A stretch of 64,000 bases of DNA, taken from contig CAVSAC010000012.1 in assembly GCA_963725865.1 (NCBI GenBank), forward strand, positions 416,001-480,000, in the 5' to 3' direction. This document shows positions 41,232 to 50,753 of the stretch, piece after piece (positions within the stretch are counted from its first letter, which is position 1; each line of letters starts with the position of its first letter). Made by a program: the position numbers and the translations under genes. The notes beneath the pieces are model-generated. The model was not told the origin of the DNA and searched no databases. It was given only the letters and a program-made list of their open reading frames with translations. Source of the DNA: Candidatus Eiseniibacteriota bacterium. GTDB taxonomy: Bacteria > Eisenbacteria > RBG-16-71-46.

Positions 41232-41477
41232 TCAGACCGCGGCCGCACCACTCGCGCGACCGGCCTCGGTCGCGGCGGCGACCTCGATCAGGCGGCCGGA
41301 CTTCACGTGCGCGTCGCCCTCGGCGAGTCCGGCGAGCATCGCGGGATCGAGGCGCGCGTTCATGCAGGTGAGGACCGCGAACCGGTGCCCGGGCGGCAGC
41401 GGCAGCGCGCCCTTGTCACCGAACTGCGCGACGTACCTCTGATTCGCGGCCAGCACTTCGTCGAGGATCCTGCTCAT
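41232..41477 (-). pseudogene. Beta-class carbonic anhydrase (clade D-like) with large in-frame internal deletion
   Basis: N-terminus [12 protein letters not shown]...GLAEGDAHV is joined directly to the family C-terminus [12 protein letters not shown] and the HxxC zinc ligands are absent, and CMDAR reads CMNAR. Confidence 0.85.
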
Positions 41478-41506
41478 CGTGGGACTCCTGTGGGATGTGG
41501 GGTGGA

Positions 41507-41547
41507 CGAAAACGACCGCGGCCCCCGCTGTCTGCGGGGGCCGCGGT
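41507..41547 (-). terminator. Attenuator-type intrinsic terminator in the beta-CA leader
   Basis: 14-bp perfect stem ACCGCGGCCCCCGC-agaca-GCGGGGGCCGCGGT followed by CGTTTTCG, about 30 nt before the CA start. Confidence 0.75.
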
Positions 41548-41574
41548 GTCGGTATGCCGGTCGTGCTTCGAGGT

Positions 41575-41682
41575 CTAGGCCAGGGGTGACCTCATGGCGC
41601 GCGCGTCGATGCCCGGACTCGCGTGCTCCCGCAGGAGGGCGCGACAACAGCGACAGGCTCCGAAGACATGCATGGGGCGCAT
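41575..41682 (-). CDS. Putative Cys-rich leader peptide (35 aa)
   Basis: [35 protein letters not shown]; codons TGT CGC TGT TGT; GGGAAG upstream. Below the ORF-track cutoff. Confidence 0.6.
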   Translation of the reverse strand: MRPMHVFGACRCCRALLREHASPGIDARAMRSPLA

Positions 41683-41912
41683 GGGCTTCCCGAGGCTGAA
41701 CCGATCGAGCCGACCGGCGGGCCCGCGCGCGATCCTGGCTCACGCGTGCGGTTGCGCTGTGGATGCGGGCCGGGGCCGCACGGGTTCGCGAGGATTCCCG
41801 GCGGTCGTCACATCGTTCGCCCGGACGAACCACGGACCGCGTATACTTTCCCCCACTTCACGCGGTGGGGGACTCCCCCTCCGCATCGCGCGAACCGGCC
41901 AACGAAAGCCCC

Positions 41913-42512
41913 ATGACCCCTCGCAGCCCGGATCGACCTCGGCGTTCGGACCCCATCGCGACCGGCGGACAGCGGGGGCGCTCGGTGCCCTCCGACGAGC
42001 GCCGCGCCCTCGACGAGCTGTTCAGCGCCGCCTACGAGGAGCTGCGCCGGCTCGCCTCGAGTGTGCGGCGCGGCGACCCCTCCGCGACGCTCAGCCCGAC
42101 GGCCCTGGTCAACGAGGCGTGGCTCAAGTTGCGCGGCGCGCCCGAGGTGGCGCTCACGTCGCGGCTCCACTTCAAGCGCATCGCCGCCCGCGCGATGCGG
42201 CAGGTGCTGGTCGAGGCCGCGCGCCGCCGGCACGCGCGCAAGCGCGGCGGCCGCGACGCGGTGTTCGTGACGTTCGACGACTCGATCGGCGATGGGGCGA
42301 CGTGGGCGGCCGACCTGCTGGGACTCGATACCGCGCTCGAGGAGCTGGCCCGGCTGCACCCGCGCCAGGCCGTCATGGTCGAGAGCCGCTTCTTCGGCGG
42401 GCTCGACGTCGCCGAGACCGCCGAGCTGCTCGGGATCTCCGAGGCCACCGTGCTGCGTGACTGGCGGGCCGCCAAGGCCTGGCTCGCTCACGAGCTGCGC
42501 GCGGCGCGCTGA
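41913..42512 (+). CDS. ECF sigma factor, kinase-associated (ECF43/TIGR02999-like)
   Basis: LFSAAYEELRRLA...TLSPTALVNEAWLKL...AARAMRQVLVEAARRR...KRGG...TVLRDWRAAKAWL. Confidence 0.92.
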   Translation: MTPRSPDRPRRSDPIATGGQRGRSVPSDERRALDELFSAAYEELRRLASSVRRGDPSATLSPTALVNEAWLKLRGAPEVALTSRLHFKRIAARAMRQVLVEAARRRHARKRGGRDAVFVTFDDSIGDGATWAADLLGLDTALEELARLHPRQAVMVESRFFGGLDVAETAELLGISEATVLRDWRAAKAWLAHELRAAR

Positions 42513-42543
42513 CCGGACGATCGGCCGCGCGGAACGCACCGAC

Positions 42544-45231
42544 ATGGACCCCGGACGCTGGGAACGGATCCAGGCCCTGTTCCACGAGGCCCTCGAGCGG
42601 CCGGCGGAGGAGCAGCGCGCGTTCCTCGCGGCGCGCTGCGCCGACGATCCCACGCTGGTGGCGGCGGTGCTCGACCTGCTCGCGGAGGACGCCCGCGCCG
42701 ACTCGCTGCTCGACCGCGGGCTCGTGGAGGTCGCCGACCGCGTCCTCGAGCACGACGCCGCGCCGGCGGTGCCGCGCCGGATCGGGCCGTACGATCTCGG
42801 CGAGGTGCTCGGCGAGGGCGGCATGGGGGTGGTGTTCCTCGCCGAGCGGAGCGACCTCGAGAGCCGCTTCGCGATCAAGGTGCTGCGCGACGCGTGGCTC
42901 TCGCCCGCGCGGCGCGAGCGCTTCGCCAGCGAGCAGCGCACGCTCGCGCAACTCGACCATCCCTCGATCGCGCGAATCTGCGACGCCGACACGCTGCCCG
43001 ACGGCACGCCCTGGTTCGCGATGGAGTACGTCGACGGCGTGCCGATCTCCCGCTACTGCGCGGTGCACGACTGCCCGGTCCCGGAGATCCTCGCGCTGTT
43101 CCGCGGGGTGTGCGAGGCGGTGCTCCACGCGCACCAGCACGCGGTGGTCCACCGCGACCTGAAGCCCTCGAACATCCTGGTCACGCCCGCCGGCCGCGTG
43201 AAGCTGCTCGACTTCGGCATCGCCAAGCAGCTCGAGGCGCTGAATACCAGCGCGGACGCGACCCGCACCGAGATGCGCCTGATGACCCCGGCCTACGCCG
43301 CGCCGGAGCAGATCCAGGGCGGGCGCATCGGCGTGCACACCGACGTGTGGGCGCTCGGCGTGCTCCTGTACGAGCTGCTGACCGGGGCTCCGCCCTTCGA
43401 CCTCGCGCGCCGCACGCCCGAGGAGGCGGCGCGCATCGTGGTGGAGCAGTCGCCCGAGAAACCCTCGGTCGTGGCGCGCCGGCCGGCGGCCGGTGGCGCC
43501 GCGGGCGCGACCGCGCGGGCACGGCGCGCGGCGTCGTGGCCCGATCTCGACGTGATCTGCCTGACCGCGATGCAGAAGGATCCGGCGCGGCGCTACCGGA
43601 CCGTGGACTCGCTGATCCGCGACCTCGACCACTACCTCGCCGGCGAGCCGCTCGAGGCGCGCCCCGACACCATCCGCTACCGCACGGGCAAGTTCCTGCG
43701 CCGCCACTGGCGCGCGGTGGCGACGGTGACCGCCTCGGTGCTCGCGATCGTCGCGCTGGTGGCGTTCTACACCACGCGGCTGGCGGCAGCCCGCAACGCG
43801 GCGGTGGCGGAGGCGCGGCGCACCCAACGCATCCAGCAGTTCATGAGCAGCCTGTTCGAGGGTGGGGACGAGTCGGCCGGGCCGCCCGAGAGCCTGCGCG
43901 TCGTCACGCTGCTCGAGCGCGGCATCGAGGAGTCCCGCACGCTGGTCGGCGAGCCGCTGGTGCACGCGGAGCTGCTGCAGACGCTGGGCGACATCTACGA
44001 GAAGCTCGGCGACTTCGACCGCGCGGACTCTCTGCTGACCGTCGCGCTGGCCGAGCGGCGCGCGCGCGGGCGGGCGGCGGACGCCGACGTCGCCCGCAAC
44101 CTGGTCGCGCTCGCGCTGGTGCGCGTGGACCAGTCGCGGCTCGAAGAGGCCGAGAAGCTGACGCGCGAGGGCCTGGCCATGAGCCGGCGCGCGTGGCCCG
44201 TCGATCCGGCCGCGGTCGCGCGGGCCACCACCGAGCTGGGCCAGGTGCTCAACGCGCGCGCGCGCTACGACGACGGGATCGCGGTGCTCACCGAGGCCGC
44301 GCGGCTGGACTCCGCCGCGCACCTGCCCGCCAGCGATCTGTCCGCCACGCTCACCGAGCTGGCGAACGGCCACTACTACGCCGGGCACTACGCGATCTCC
44401 GACTCCATCAACCGGCGGGTGCTGGCGATCGACCGGGTGCTCTACGGCCCCCGTCACCCGAACGTCGCGAGCGACCTCGTCAACCTCGGCGCGATCCAGC
44501 AGGAGATGGGGCGCTACCCGGCGGCGGAGCAGCGCTTCCGCGAGGCGCTCGCGATCTACCGCAACTGGTACGGCGACGAGCACTACGAGACGGCATCGAT
44601 GCTCACCATGATCGGTCGCGCGCTGATCCCGCAGCACCGGATCCCGGAGGCGACCGCGGCGCTCCAGCGCTCGCTGGCGATCCGCGAGCGCGTGTTCGGT
44701 CCGAATCACCCGAGCGTGGCCTCGACGCTGAACGAGCTGGGCCGGGTCGCGCAGTCGCAGGGCCGGCTCGACGAGGCGGAGGCGGACTTCCGGCGCGTGG
44801 TCGCCATCTACCGGGCGACCTACGACGACAAGCACCCGTTCATCGGGGTCGCGCTCTCGAACCTGGGAGGGGTCTATTTCGATCGCGGCGACTTCCGGGG
44901 CGCCGAGCGGCTGTTCCGCGACGTGCTGCGGCGCTACGCCGAATCGCTGCCGCCCGACCATCTCAGCGTGGGCATCACGCGCGTTCGCCTCGGCCGCGCG
45001 CTGCTGCGGGAGCGACGCTACGCCGAGGCCGAGCGCGAGACCCTGGCCGGCTACCGGATCGTCGCGAAGAACAGCGATCCCTCGGCGGCCTACCTGCACA
45101 GCGCGCGGGTCGACCTGATCGAGGAGTACGACGCGCTGGAGCAGCCCGCGCAGGCCGCGCACTATCGTGAGGAGCTGCGCCGCGCCGACGCGGCCGCGGG
45201 GTCCACCGCCAGCTCGACCGCCAGCCGGTAG
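42544..45231 (+). CDS. Membrane Ser/Thr protein kinase with extracytoplasmic TPRs
   Basis: MDPGRWERIQALF, LGEGGMG, HRDLKPSN, DFG, TPAYAAPEQ, a TM segment, then repeated GPxHPxVA TPRs. Confidence 0.95.
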   Translation: MDPGRWERIQALFHEALERPAEEQRAFLAARCADDPTLVAAVLDLLAEDARADSLLDRGLVEVADRVLEHDAAPAVPRRIGPYDLGEVLGEGGMGVVFLAERSDLESRFAIKVLRDAWLSPARRERFASEQRTLAQLDHPSIARICDADTLPDGTPWFAMEYVDGVPISRYCAVHDCPVPEILALFRGVCEAVLHAHQHAVVHRDLKPSNILVTPAGRVKLLDFGIAKQLEALNTSADATRTEMRLMTPAYAAPEQIQGGRIGVHTDVWALGVLLYELLTGAPPFDLARRTPEEAARIVVEQSPEKPSVVARRPAAGGAAGATARARRAASWPDLDVICLTAMQKDPARRYRTVDSLIRDLDHYLAGEPLEARPDTIRYRTGKFLRRHWRAVATVTASVLAIVALVAFYTTRLAAARNAAVAEARRTQRIQQFMSSLFEGGDESAGPPESLRVVTLLERGIEESRTLVGEPLVHAELLQTLGDIYEKLGDFDRADSLLTVALAERRARGRAADADVARNLVALALVRVDQSRLEEAEKLTREGLAMSRRAWPVDPAAVARATTELGQVLNARARYDDGIAVLTEAARLDSAAHLPASDLSATLTELANGHYYAGHYAISDSINRRVLAIDRVLYGPRHPNVASDLVNLGAIQQEMGRYPAAEQRFREALAIYRNWYGDEHYETASMLTMIGRALIPQHRIPEATAALQRSLAIRERVFGPNHPSVASTLNELGRVAQSQGRLDEAEADFRRVVAIYRATYDDKHPFIGVALSNLGGVYFDRGDFRGAERLFRDVLRRYAESLPPDHLSVGITRVRLGRALLRERRYAEAERETLAGYRIVAKNSDPSAAYLHSARVDLIEEYDALEQPAQAAHYREELRRADAAAGSTASSTASR

Positions 45232-45240
45232 GCTCCGCGC

Positions 45241-45897
45241 CTACCGGAACACCAGCTGCGCGCGCTGGTCGGGGCCCGACTCGAACGTGACCCAGAACAG
45301 CGTCCCGGGCACCACCTGGCCGAGCGAGTCGCGTCCGCTCCAGAACGAGGTGATCGACCCGGCCGGCATCCACCCGTTGGCCAGGAAACGCACGTGGTCG
45401 CCCTTCACGTCGCGGATGCGCACGCGGACCAACTCGGAGTCCGGCACTTCGTAGTGGTACGTGCTGCCGGTGGCGCCGAGCGGGTTCGGGGTGGGGAAGA
45501 TATCGCCCGCGGACGCGAGCCGCAGCGTGTCGGCCGAGACCACGTCGTAGGTGGCGATCGTCAGCACCGTGGTCTGATCGAGCACGGGCCCGAAGATGTC
45601 GCTGCGCGCGACGTACGTCCCGGGCCGCAGGCCCTCGAACCGGTACTTGCCGCGGACGGTCGTCGTCCGCGCCACCACCTGCGTGGCGCCGAGCAGCGCG
45701 ACCGGGACGCCGTCGGCGTCGGCGACCACGCGCGTGCCGAGGAACGTACCGTCGGCCGCGGTGACGTAGCCGATCAGGACGACGCTGCCCGAGAGCGCGT
45801 GCACGCTGGGCCGGACGGGGTCGTCCCTGGAGGAGCAGCCGGCGAGGGAGAGCGCGCCCACCAGCAGCAGGGTCCCGAGGATTCGTGTTCGATCCAT
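45241..45897 (-). CDS. Lipoprotein with Ig-like domain and FlgD-like C-terminal domain
   Basis: Lipobox LAGC; GKYRFEGLRPGTY; PTPNP...IRDVKG...WSGRDSLG. Confidence 0.75.
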   Translation of the reverse strand: MDRTRILGTLLLVGALSLAGCSSRDDPVRPSVHALSGSVVLIGYVTAADGTFLGTRVVADADGVPVALLGATQVVARTTTVRGKYRFEGLRPGTYVARSDIFGPVLDQTTVLTIATYDVVSADTLRLASAGDIFPTPNPLGATGSTYHYEVPDSELVRVRIRDVKGDHVRFLANGWMPAGSITSFWSGRDSLGQVVPGTLFWVTFESGPDQRAQLVFR

Positions 45898-46066
45898 GGC
45901 GGCTCCTTCGCCGCACCGCATCCCGGGAACGGTGGCGTGCGCGGGACGCTAGCACCGCCGCCCGCCGCCGTCGAGGGTCGACGCGCGTGCGGTCGCGCGC
46001 GTCCCGTGCTCGCGCCGCGGCGCCGGATCCCCGGGGGCGACGCGCGGTCCGCCGCCGCGGATCCGC

Positions 46067-49000
46067 TCAGCGCAGGCGCACGATGCGACGCACCAGCCGC
46101 TGGTCGTCGACCCGGACCACCGCCCAGAATGTCCCCGCGCCGGCGTCGCCGCGCACGAGGTTGCGGCCGTCCCACGCGAGCCGGTGCACGCCGGCCTCCA
46201 GCCGCGCGATGGGCTGGCGGGCGATGCAGCGGCCCGAGACGTCGAACATCTCGAAGCGCACGTCGGCCGCCCGTGGCAGCGCGAGCGACAGCTCGAGCGT
46301 GCCCTGGCAGGGATTGCGCAGCGCCTGCAGCGTCAGCGCGCTCGGCGGCGGCGTGCGGTCCACGCCCACGGTCGAGGTCGCGAGTGTCCCGGTCGCCATC
46401 GAGACGGGAGCCGAGCGCCCGTTCGCCGACCACGCGTTGTAGAGCGTCTGGCCCGCGGTGTTGGTCACGTTCGCCGACTGCAGGAACTCCACGTAGTCCT
46501 TCGACGTGGTCTGGTAGTAGAGCGTGGCGCTCACCGAGGCCGCACCGGCCGGGATCGCGTAGCTCGAGAGGTCGTAGTTCTGCCCATCCGGGTAGCGCGG
46601 GGCGGGGCCCTGCGGGTCCACCGGCCGGCCGCCGAACACGTCGTACGCCGCGTTCGAGAACCCGAGCGGCGGGATGCGGTTGTCCTTGTAGATCGAGTCG
46701 TTCAGCGCGAAGTGGAAGCTCGGTCCTGATGCCAGTCCGAGCAGCGTCGAGGTCCCCGACGAGATCCCGAGCTGCGCCTCGTAGACGCGCGCCTGCGGGC
46801 CCGGGGTCAGGATGCCGGTCACCGAGTCGTAGGCGCACGAGTGGTAGATCACCTGCCCGCCGCCGTCGCGCGCGACCACGTCGATCCACATGCGGCGCCC
46901 TTCCGGGTAGCCGGTGGGCAGCTTGTGACCGGTGCGGTTGGTGATGCGCACGGTGGCGCGGAAGCTGTCGGCCTCGGCCGCCAGCAGCAACTCGAGACTC
47001 GCGGCCTTCTGCAGCGTCGAGACCGCGCGCGCCGAACCCGCCCCGAGTGCCGCGGCGTCGGTCTCGGTCGGATAGAGCGTGGCGATCACCGGGCCCATCC
47101 ACGCGTTGCCGCCGGTCAGGTCGTGCAGCGGCAGGTTGTCGCGTACCGGGGCCGAGGCGCTGTTGCAGCCCTTGCCGGTGACGGAGCGCATGTGGCAGTC
47201 CTGGCACGACGAGACGATCCCGCCGGGCGCGTTGCCCGCGAGATCGGGCGCGAACACGCCGGTCGGGTACGCGCTGTTCTGCCATTCGCTGAACGTGCGC
47301 TCGAGCGGCATCAGCATGCTCGAGACGATCGAGTCCGCGGGCGCGTCCAGCGGACCCGGTGTGTAGCGGTCGGTGCCGACCCGCGTGTACACAGGATTCG
47401 AGACGTCGTGGCAGGTGCCGCACATCTCGCTGTGGGTGTGGAACGGCGACGCGATGAACTCGTGCGGCGAGGCGGCGTCCACGAACGGCCCGCGCGGCCG
47501 CGGCGTGGGATCCACCACGTACTGTCCGTTCGTATACGAGGTCGGCCGGTGCGAGGGCAGCAGTCCGTTGATCACCGCCTGGTCCTCGACCGGGCTCACG
47601 CCGGCGGTGTACTTGGGATCCACGAGGCGGTGGCAGAAGTCGCACGAGAGCCCCTCGCGGCCGAGCGCGTCGATGCGCGCTCCGCTGGTGGGCTGGCTCT
47701 TGCCGGTCAGCCACGACATCGGCGCGTGGCAGCGGATGCACAGGTCGCCGGACGACGGGGCGTCCTGCTCCGCGAGCGCCAGGCAGGCGTAGAACAGCGG
47801 ATCGTGCGCAGCCTGCCCCATCATGATGCCGCGGAAGTTGCGACCCGGCTCGACCGCGGGATCGTAGCCCGAGTGGCAGGTGTTGCACGTCGTCTGGCTC
47901 GAGAAGTCCCCGCCGCCGAACGGCTGGGTGCCCGGCATGAGGAAGTCGCGGAGCGTGGTCGGGGCGATCCCGCCCGGGGTCGCGGTGATGGCGAAGTCGG
48001 CGTTGCTGCTGTCGGCGGTCGCGTGGCCGTCCGCGTCGTGCGCCACCACGCGCACCCGTGCGTCGGCGCTCGGCGTGTTCTGCACGAACCAGTCGAATGT
48101 GCCGCTGTTCGGGATCCCCATCGCGAGCGCGGTCCAAGGCGAGCTCGCGTGGTCCTTGTAGAACAGGTCGATCGCCGTCACGCCCACGTCGTCGGTCGCG
48201 GACCAGGTCACCGGGTGCGACGAGCCGCCCACCCAGCTCTCGCCGCCGTTCGGCGCGGTGAGCACCACGACCGGGCTCGCGCTCACCGGCTGCCAGTCGC
48301 CGCCCCCGAAGTCGTCGAGGTGCGACTGGAACGCGCCGTCGAGCGTCAACCCGATGCGGCCGCCCGCGGCGGCGTACGCCCAGCCGGTCACCGAGGCGGT
48401 GCCCGCCTTCACGCCGTTGCGGAACACGTCGACGGTGCCGTCCGACAGCGCCCGCGCGCCCAGCTGGTCGCCGGCCTGGTACTGCACCGAGATGAGGCCG
48501 CGGTCCACCCAGCCGAACGCCGGGTCGAACGTCGCGATCGAGACGTGCGGGAACGAGTCGTCGTAGCGCACCTCGATGTGCGCGGAGGTGTAGGCGGTGC
48601 CCTGCACCTTGAGCATCAGGTCGTGCTCGGGCGCGCCGGCGGTGATGGTGCTCAGCGTGACGTAGGCCTCCTGGTCGGGGCCGAACGTCCCGCCGTTCCA
48701 CACCGGCGTGGCGTAGCAGCACGTCTGAGTGAGCTGGTTCTGCGAGACGAACAGCCCGGTGGTACCCAGCCACGGCGCGCCGAGCGCGCCGTCGGCGCGG
48801 TTGAAGTCGTCGAGCACGGACGTGGTGGGGAACGACCCGGCGGCTCCGACCGTGATCACGAGGTTCGAGGTCGACTGACCGCCACGGTTGTCACGCACCG
48901 TCAGCACCGCGGTGTACGGGCCGGCCGTCAGGTAGACGTGCGTGGGGCTCTGGAGGTTCGAGGTGCCGCCGTCGCCGAACGTCCAGGAATAGGTCATCGG

Positions 49001-50485
49001 GTCGCCCTCGGGGTCGAAGCTGTCGGCGCCCGAGAACGCCACCGTCAGCGGCGCGGGGCCGCTGGTGGGCAGCGCCGTCGCCTGCGCGACCGGGATGCCG
49101 TTGCCGCCGGGAGCGCCGGTGTAGCGGATGCGGCGGATCTCGCCGGTGGAGATCGACGCGTAATACAGGTTGCCGTCGAGCGGATTGCGCTCGAGGTCCA
49201 CCGGGGCGTCCATGTCGGTGCCGAAGTCCTGGTACGAGATGACGTGGTCCTGGTTGCTGAACGTGGCGACGCGGATCCAGCCGCCGCCGTAGTCGGCGAA
49301 GAAGTAGCGGCCGCGGTACTCGCCGGGATAGAGCGTGTCGGTGTAGAACACGCCGCCGACCGACGCGACCCCGTAGACGCCCGGCGGCACGCTGAGCGCC
49401 GGCGAGCTGTGGTGCCAGACGCTGACCGGCTTGGACCACGTCGAGGGGTTGGTCGCGGAGCCGACGCTGCCGCACCCGTTGTGCGCCGGCGTCGCGGCCT
49501 GGTAGGCGGGCTGGGGATTGAAGCCCTCGACGCACGGCCAGCCGAAGTTCATGCCGGGCCCGGTGGCGACGTTCATCTCCTCCCAGGTGCCCCAGCCCAC
49601 CTCGCCGATGTAGAGCGTCCCGACGTTCGCGGCCGAGGTGTCGGTGCTGCCGGTGCCGGGGCGGACCGTGAAGCGGAATGGATTGCGCAGCCCGTACTCC
49701 CACACCCGCGAGCGCGCCGACATGAGATCGCCGTCGTGGAACGGGTTGCTCATGTAGCCGTGCCCGTTCGCCGGGTTGATGCGCAGGATCTTGCCGCACA
49801 GGTTCGTGATGTCCTGCGAGCGGAACGCGCCGATGTCCTCGTTCGGGTCGGTGCGCGTGGGGCCGAACGCCGCGGGCTGCAGCCCGCCCGGATCCATGAC
49901 GTTGAAGTCGGCGCCCTCGCCGGCGGAGACCAGCAGGCTGCCGTCGCGCGCCCAGCGCAGCGATCCGATGCTGTGTGAGAGTCCGGCGTCGAGCTTGCCG
50001 TGCCGCCAATCCACGCCCATCAGGATGGTGCGCGAGGCGGGATCGACCGTGTTGGTGTCGCCGCTGGCGCGCATGGTGTAGCGGGTCAGGCGGCTGAACG
50101 CGAGCGTGTTGTTGTCGACGCCGTTGGTGTCGGGATCCACCGAGTACAGAAAGTAGACGAAGTGGTTCTGGAAAAACTTCGGATCGACCGCGATGCCGAG
50201 CAGCCCGCGGTCGCCGATGTTGAGCACCTCGTTGGAGCCGTCCCAGACCGGACTCGCGAGTCGCGCGCCATTGCGCACCATCCACGCCACGCCGCCCTGC
50301 TCGCACACGATGAAGCGTCCGTCGGGCAGGAACGCGAGCGCGACCGGGAACGCGAACGCCGCTCCCGACACCGAGCTCTCGACCACGAATCCGGAGGGGA
50401 CCGAGACGGCGCGAGCGGTGGGAACGACGGCGAGCGCGGTCCACGCAGCGAGCAGCGCCACGGGCAGCAGGCGTCGGCTGGACAA
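46067..50485 (-). CDS. Secreted PQQ-dependent sugar dehydrogenase (GSDH) - PKD - Ig - pentaheme cytochrome c - FlgD-like CTD fusion
   Basis: TTG 50485 after GAGGAG; signal peptide; YGLRNPFRF, EVGWGTWEEMN, NFGWP; PKD YSWTFGDG; five CxxCH (CNTCH, CIRCH, CDFCH, CGTCH, CQDCH); GHKLPTG; CTD FDVSGR...WDG. Confidence 0.88.
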   Translation of the reverse strand: MSSRRLLPVALLAAWTALAVVPTARAVSVPSGFVVESSVSGAAFAFPVALAFLPDGRFIVCEQGGVAWMVRNGARLASPVWDGSNEVLNIGDRGLLGIAVDPKFFQNHFVYFLYSVDPDTNGVDNNTLAFSRLTRYTMRASGDTNTVDPASRTILMGVDWRHGKLDAGLSHSIGSLRWARDGSLLVSAGEGADFNVMDPGGLQPAAFGPTRTDPNEDIGAFRSQDITNLCGKILRINPANGHGYMSNPFHDGDLMSARSRVWEYGLRNPFRFTVRPGTGSTDTSAANVGTLYIGEVGWGTWEEMNVATGPGMNFGWPCVEGFNPQPAYQAATPAHNGCGSVGSATNPSTWSKPVSVWHHSSPALSVPPGVYGVASVGGVFYTDTLYPGEYRGRYFFADYGGGWIRVATFSNQDHVISYQDFGTDMDAPVDLERNPLDGNLYYASISTGEIRRIRYTGAPGGNGIPVAQATALPTSGPAPLTVAFSGADSFDPEGDPMTYSWTFGDGGTSNLQSPTHVYLTAGPYTAVLTVRDNRGGQSTSNLVITVGAAGSFPTTSVLDDFNRADGALGAPWLGTTGLFVSQNQLTQTCCYATPVWNGGTFGPDQEAYVTLSTITAGAPEHDLMLKVQGTAYTSAHIEVRYDDSFPHVSIATFDPAFGWVDRGLISVQYQAGDQLGARALSDGTVDVFRNGVKAGTASVTGWAYAAAGGRIGLTLDGAFQSHLDDFGGGDWQPVSASPVVVLTAPNGGESWVGGSSHPVTWSATDDVGVTAIDLFYKDHASSPWTALAMGIPNSGTFDWFVQNTPSADARVRVVAHDADGHATADSSNADFAITATPGGIAPTTLRDFLMPGTQPFGGGDFSSQTTCNTCHSGYDPAVEPGRNFRGIMMGQAAHDPLFYACLALAEQDAPSSGDLCIRCHAPMSWLTGKSQPTSGARIDALGREGLSCDFCHRLVDPKYTAGVSPVEDQAVINGLLPSHRPTSYTNGQYVVDPTPRPRGPFVDAASPHEFIASPFHTHSEMCGTCHDVSNPVYTRVGTDRYTPGPLDAPADSIVSSMLMPLERTFSEWQNSAYPTGVFAPDLAGNAPGGIVSSCQDCHMRSVTGKGCNSASAPVRDNLPLHDLTGGNAWMGPVIATLYPTETDAAALGAGSARAVSTLQKAASLELLLAAEADSFRATVRITNRTGHKLPTGYPEGRRMWIDVVARDGGGQVIYHSCAYDSVTGILTPGPQARVYEAQLGISSGTSTLLGLASGPSFHFALNDSIYKDNRIPPLGFSNAAYDVFGGRPVDPQGPAPRYPDGQNYDLSSYAIPAGAASVSATLYYQTTSKDYVEFLQSANVTNTAGQTLYNAWSANGRSAPVSMATGTLATSTVGVDRTPPPSALTLQALRNPCQGTLELSLALPRAADVRFEMFDVSGRCIARQPIARLEAGVHRLAWDGRNLVRGDAGAGTFWAVVRVDDQRLVRRIVRLR

Positions 50486-50753
50486 GGGGGTTCTCCTCGG
50501 TCCTCGGGCCACGGATGAGCCTCGGGCGAGGAGTTGGACGACGAGGGCGGCCGGGGGCGTCCGATCCCTTCGTTCCGAGGCGCGGGATGCATCGACGATC
50601 GGGATCAAGCGTATCAGTCGCGCGGGGCGCCGGCCTAGGGGCATCGCGCCCAGCCGCGGGTGGAGCCGCCCGGCGCCGCCGTGGGCGCCTGGCGGAGCCC
50701 TGTCGCCCACCGGGCGTGCGCGGATCGGGGGCGTGCGCGCCTCGGGGCCTTGC

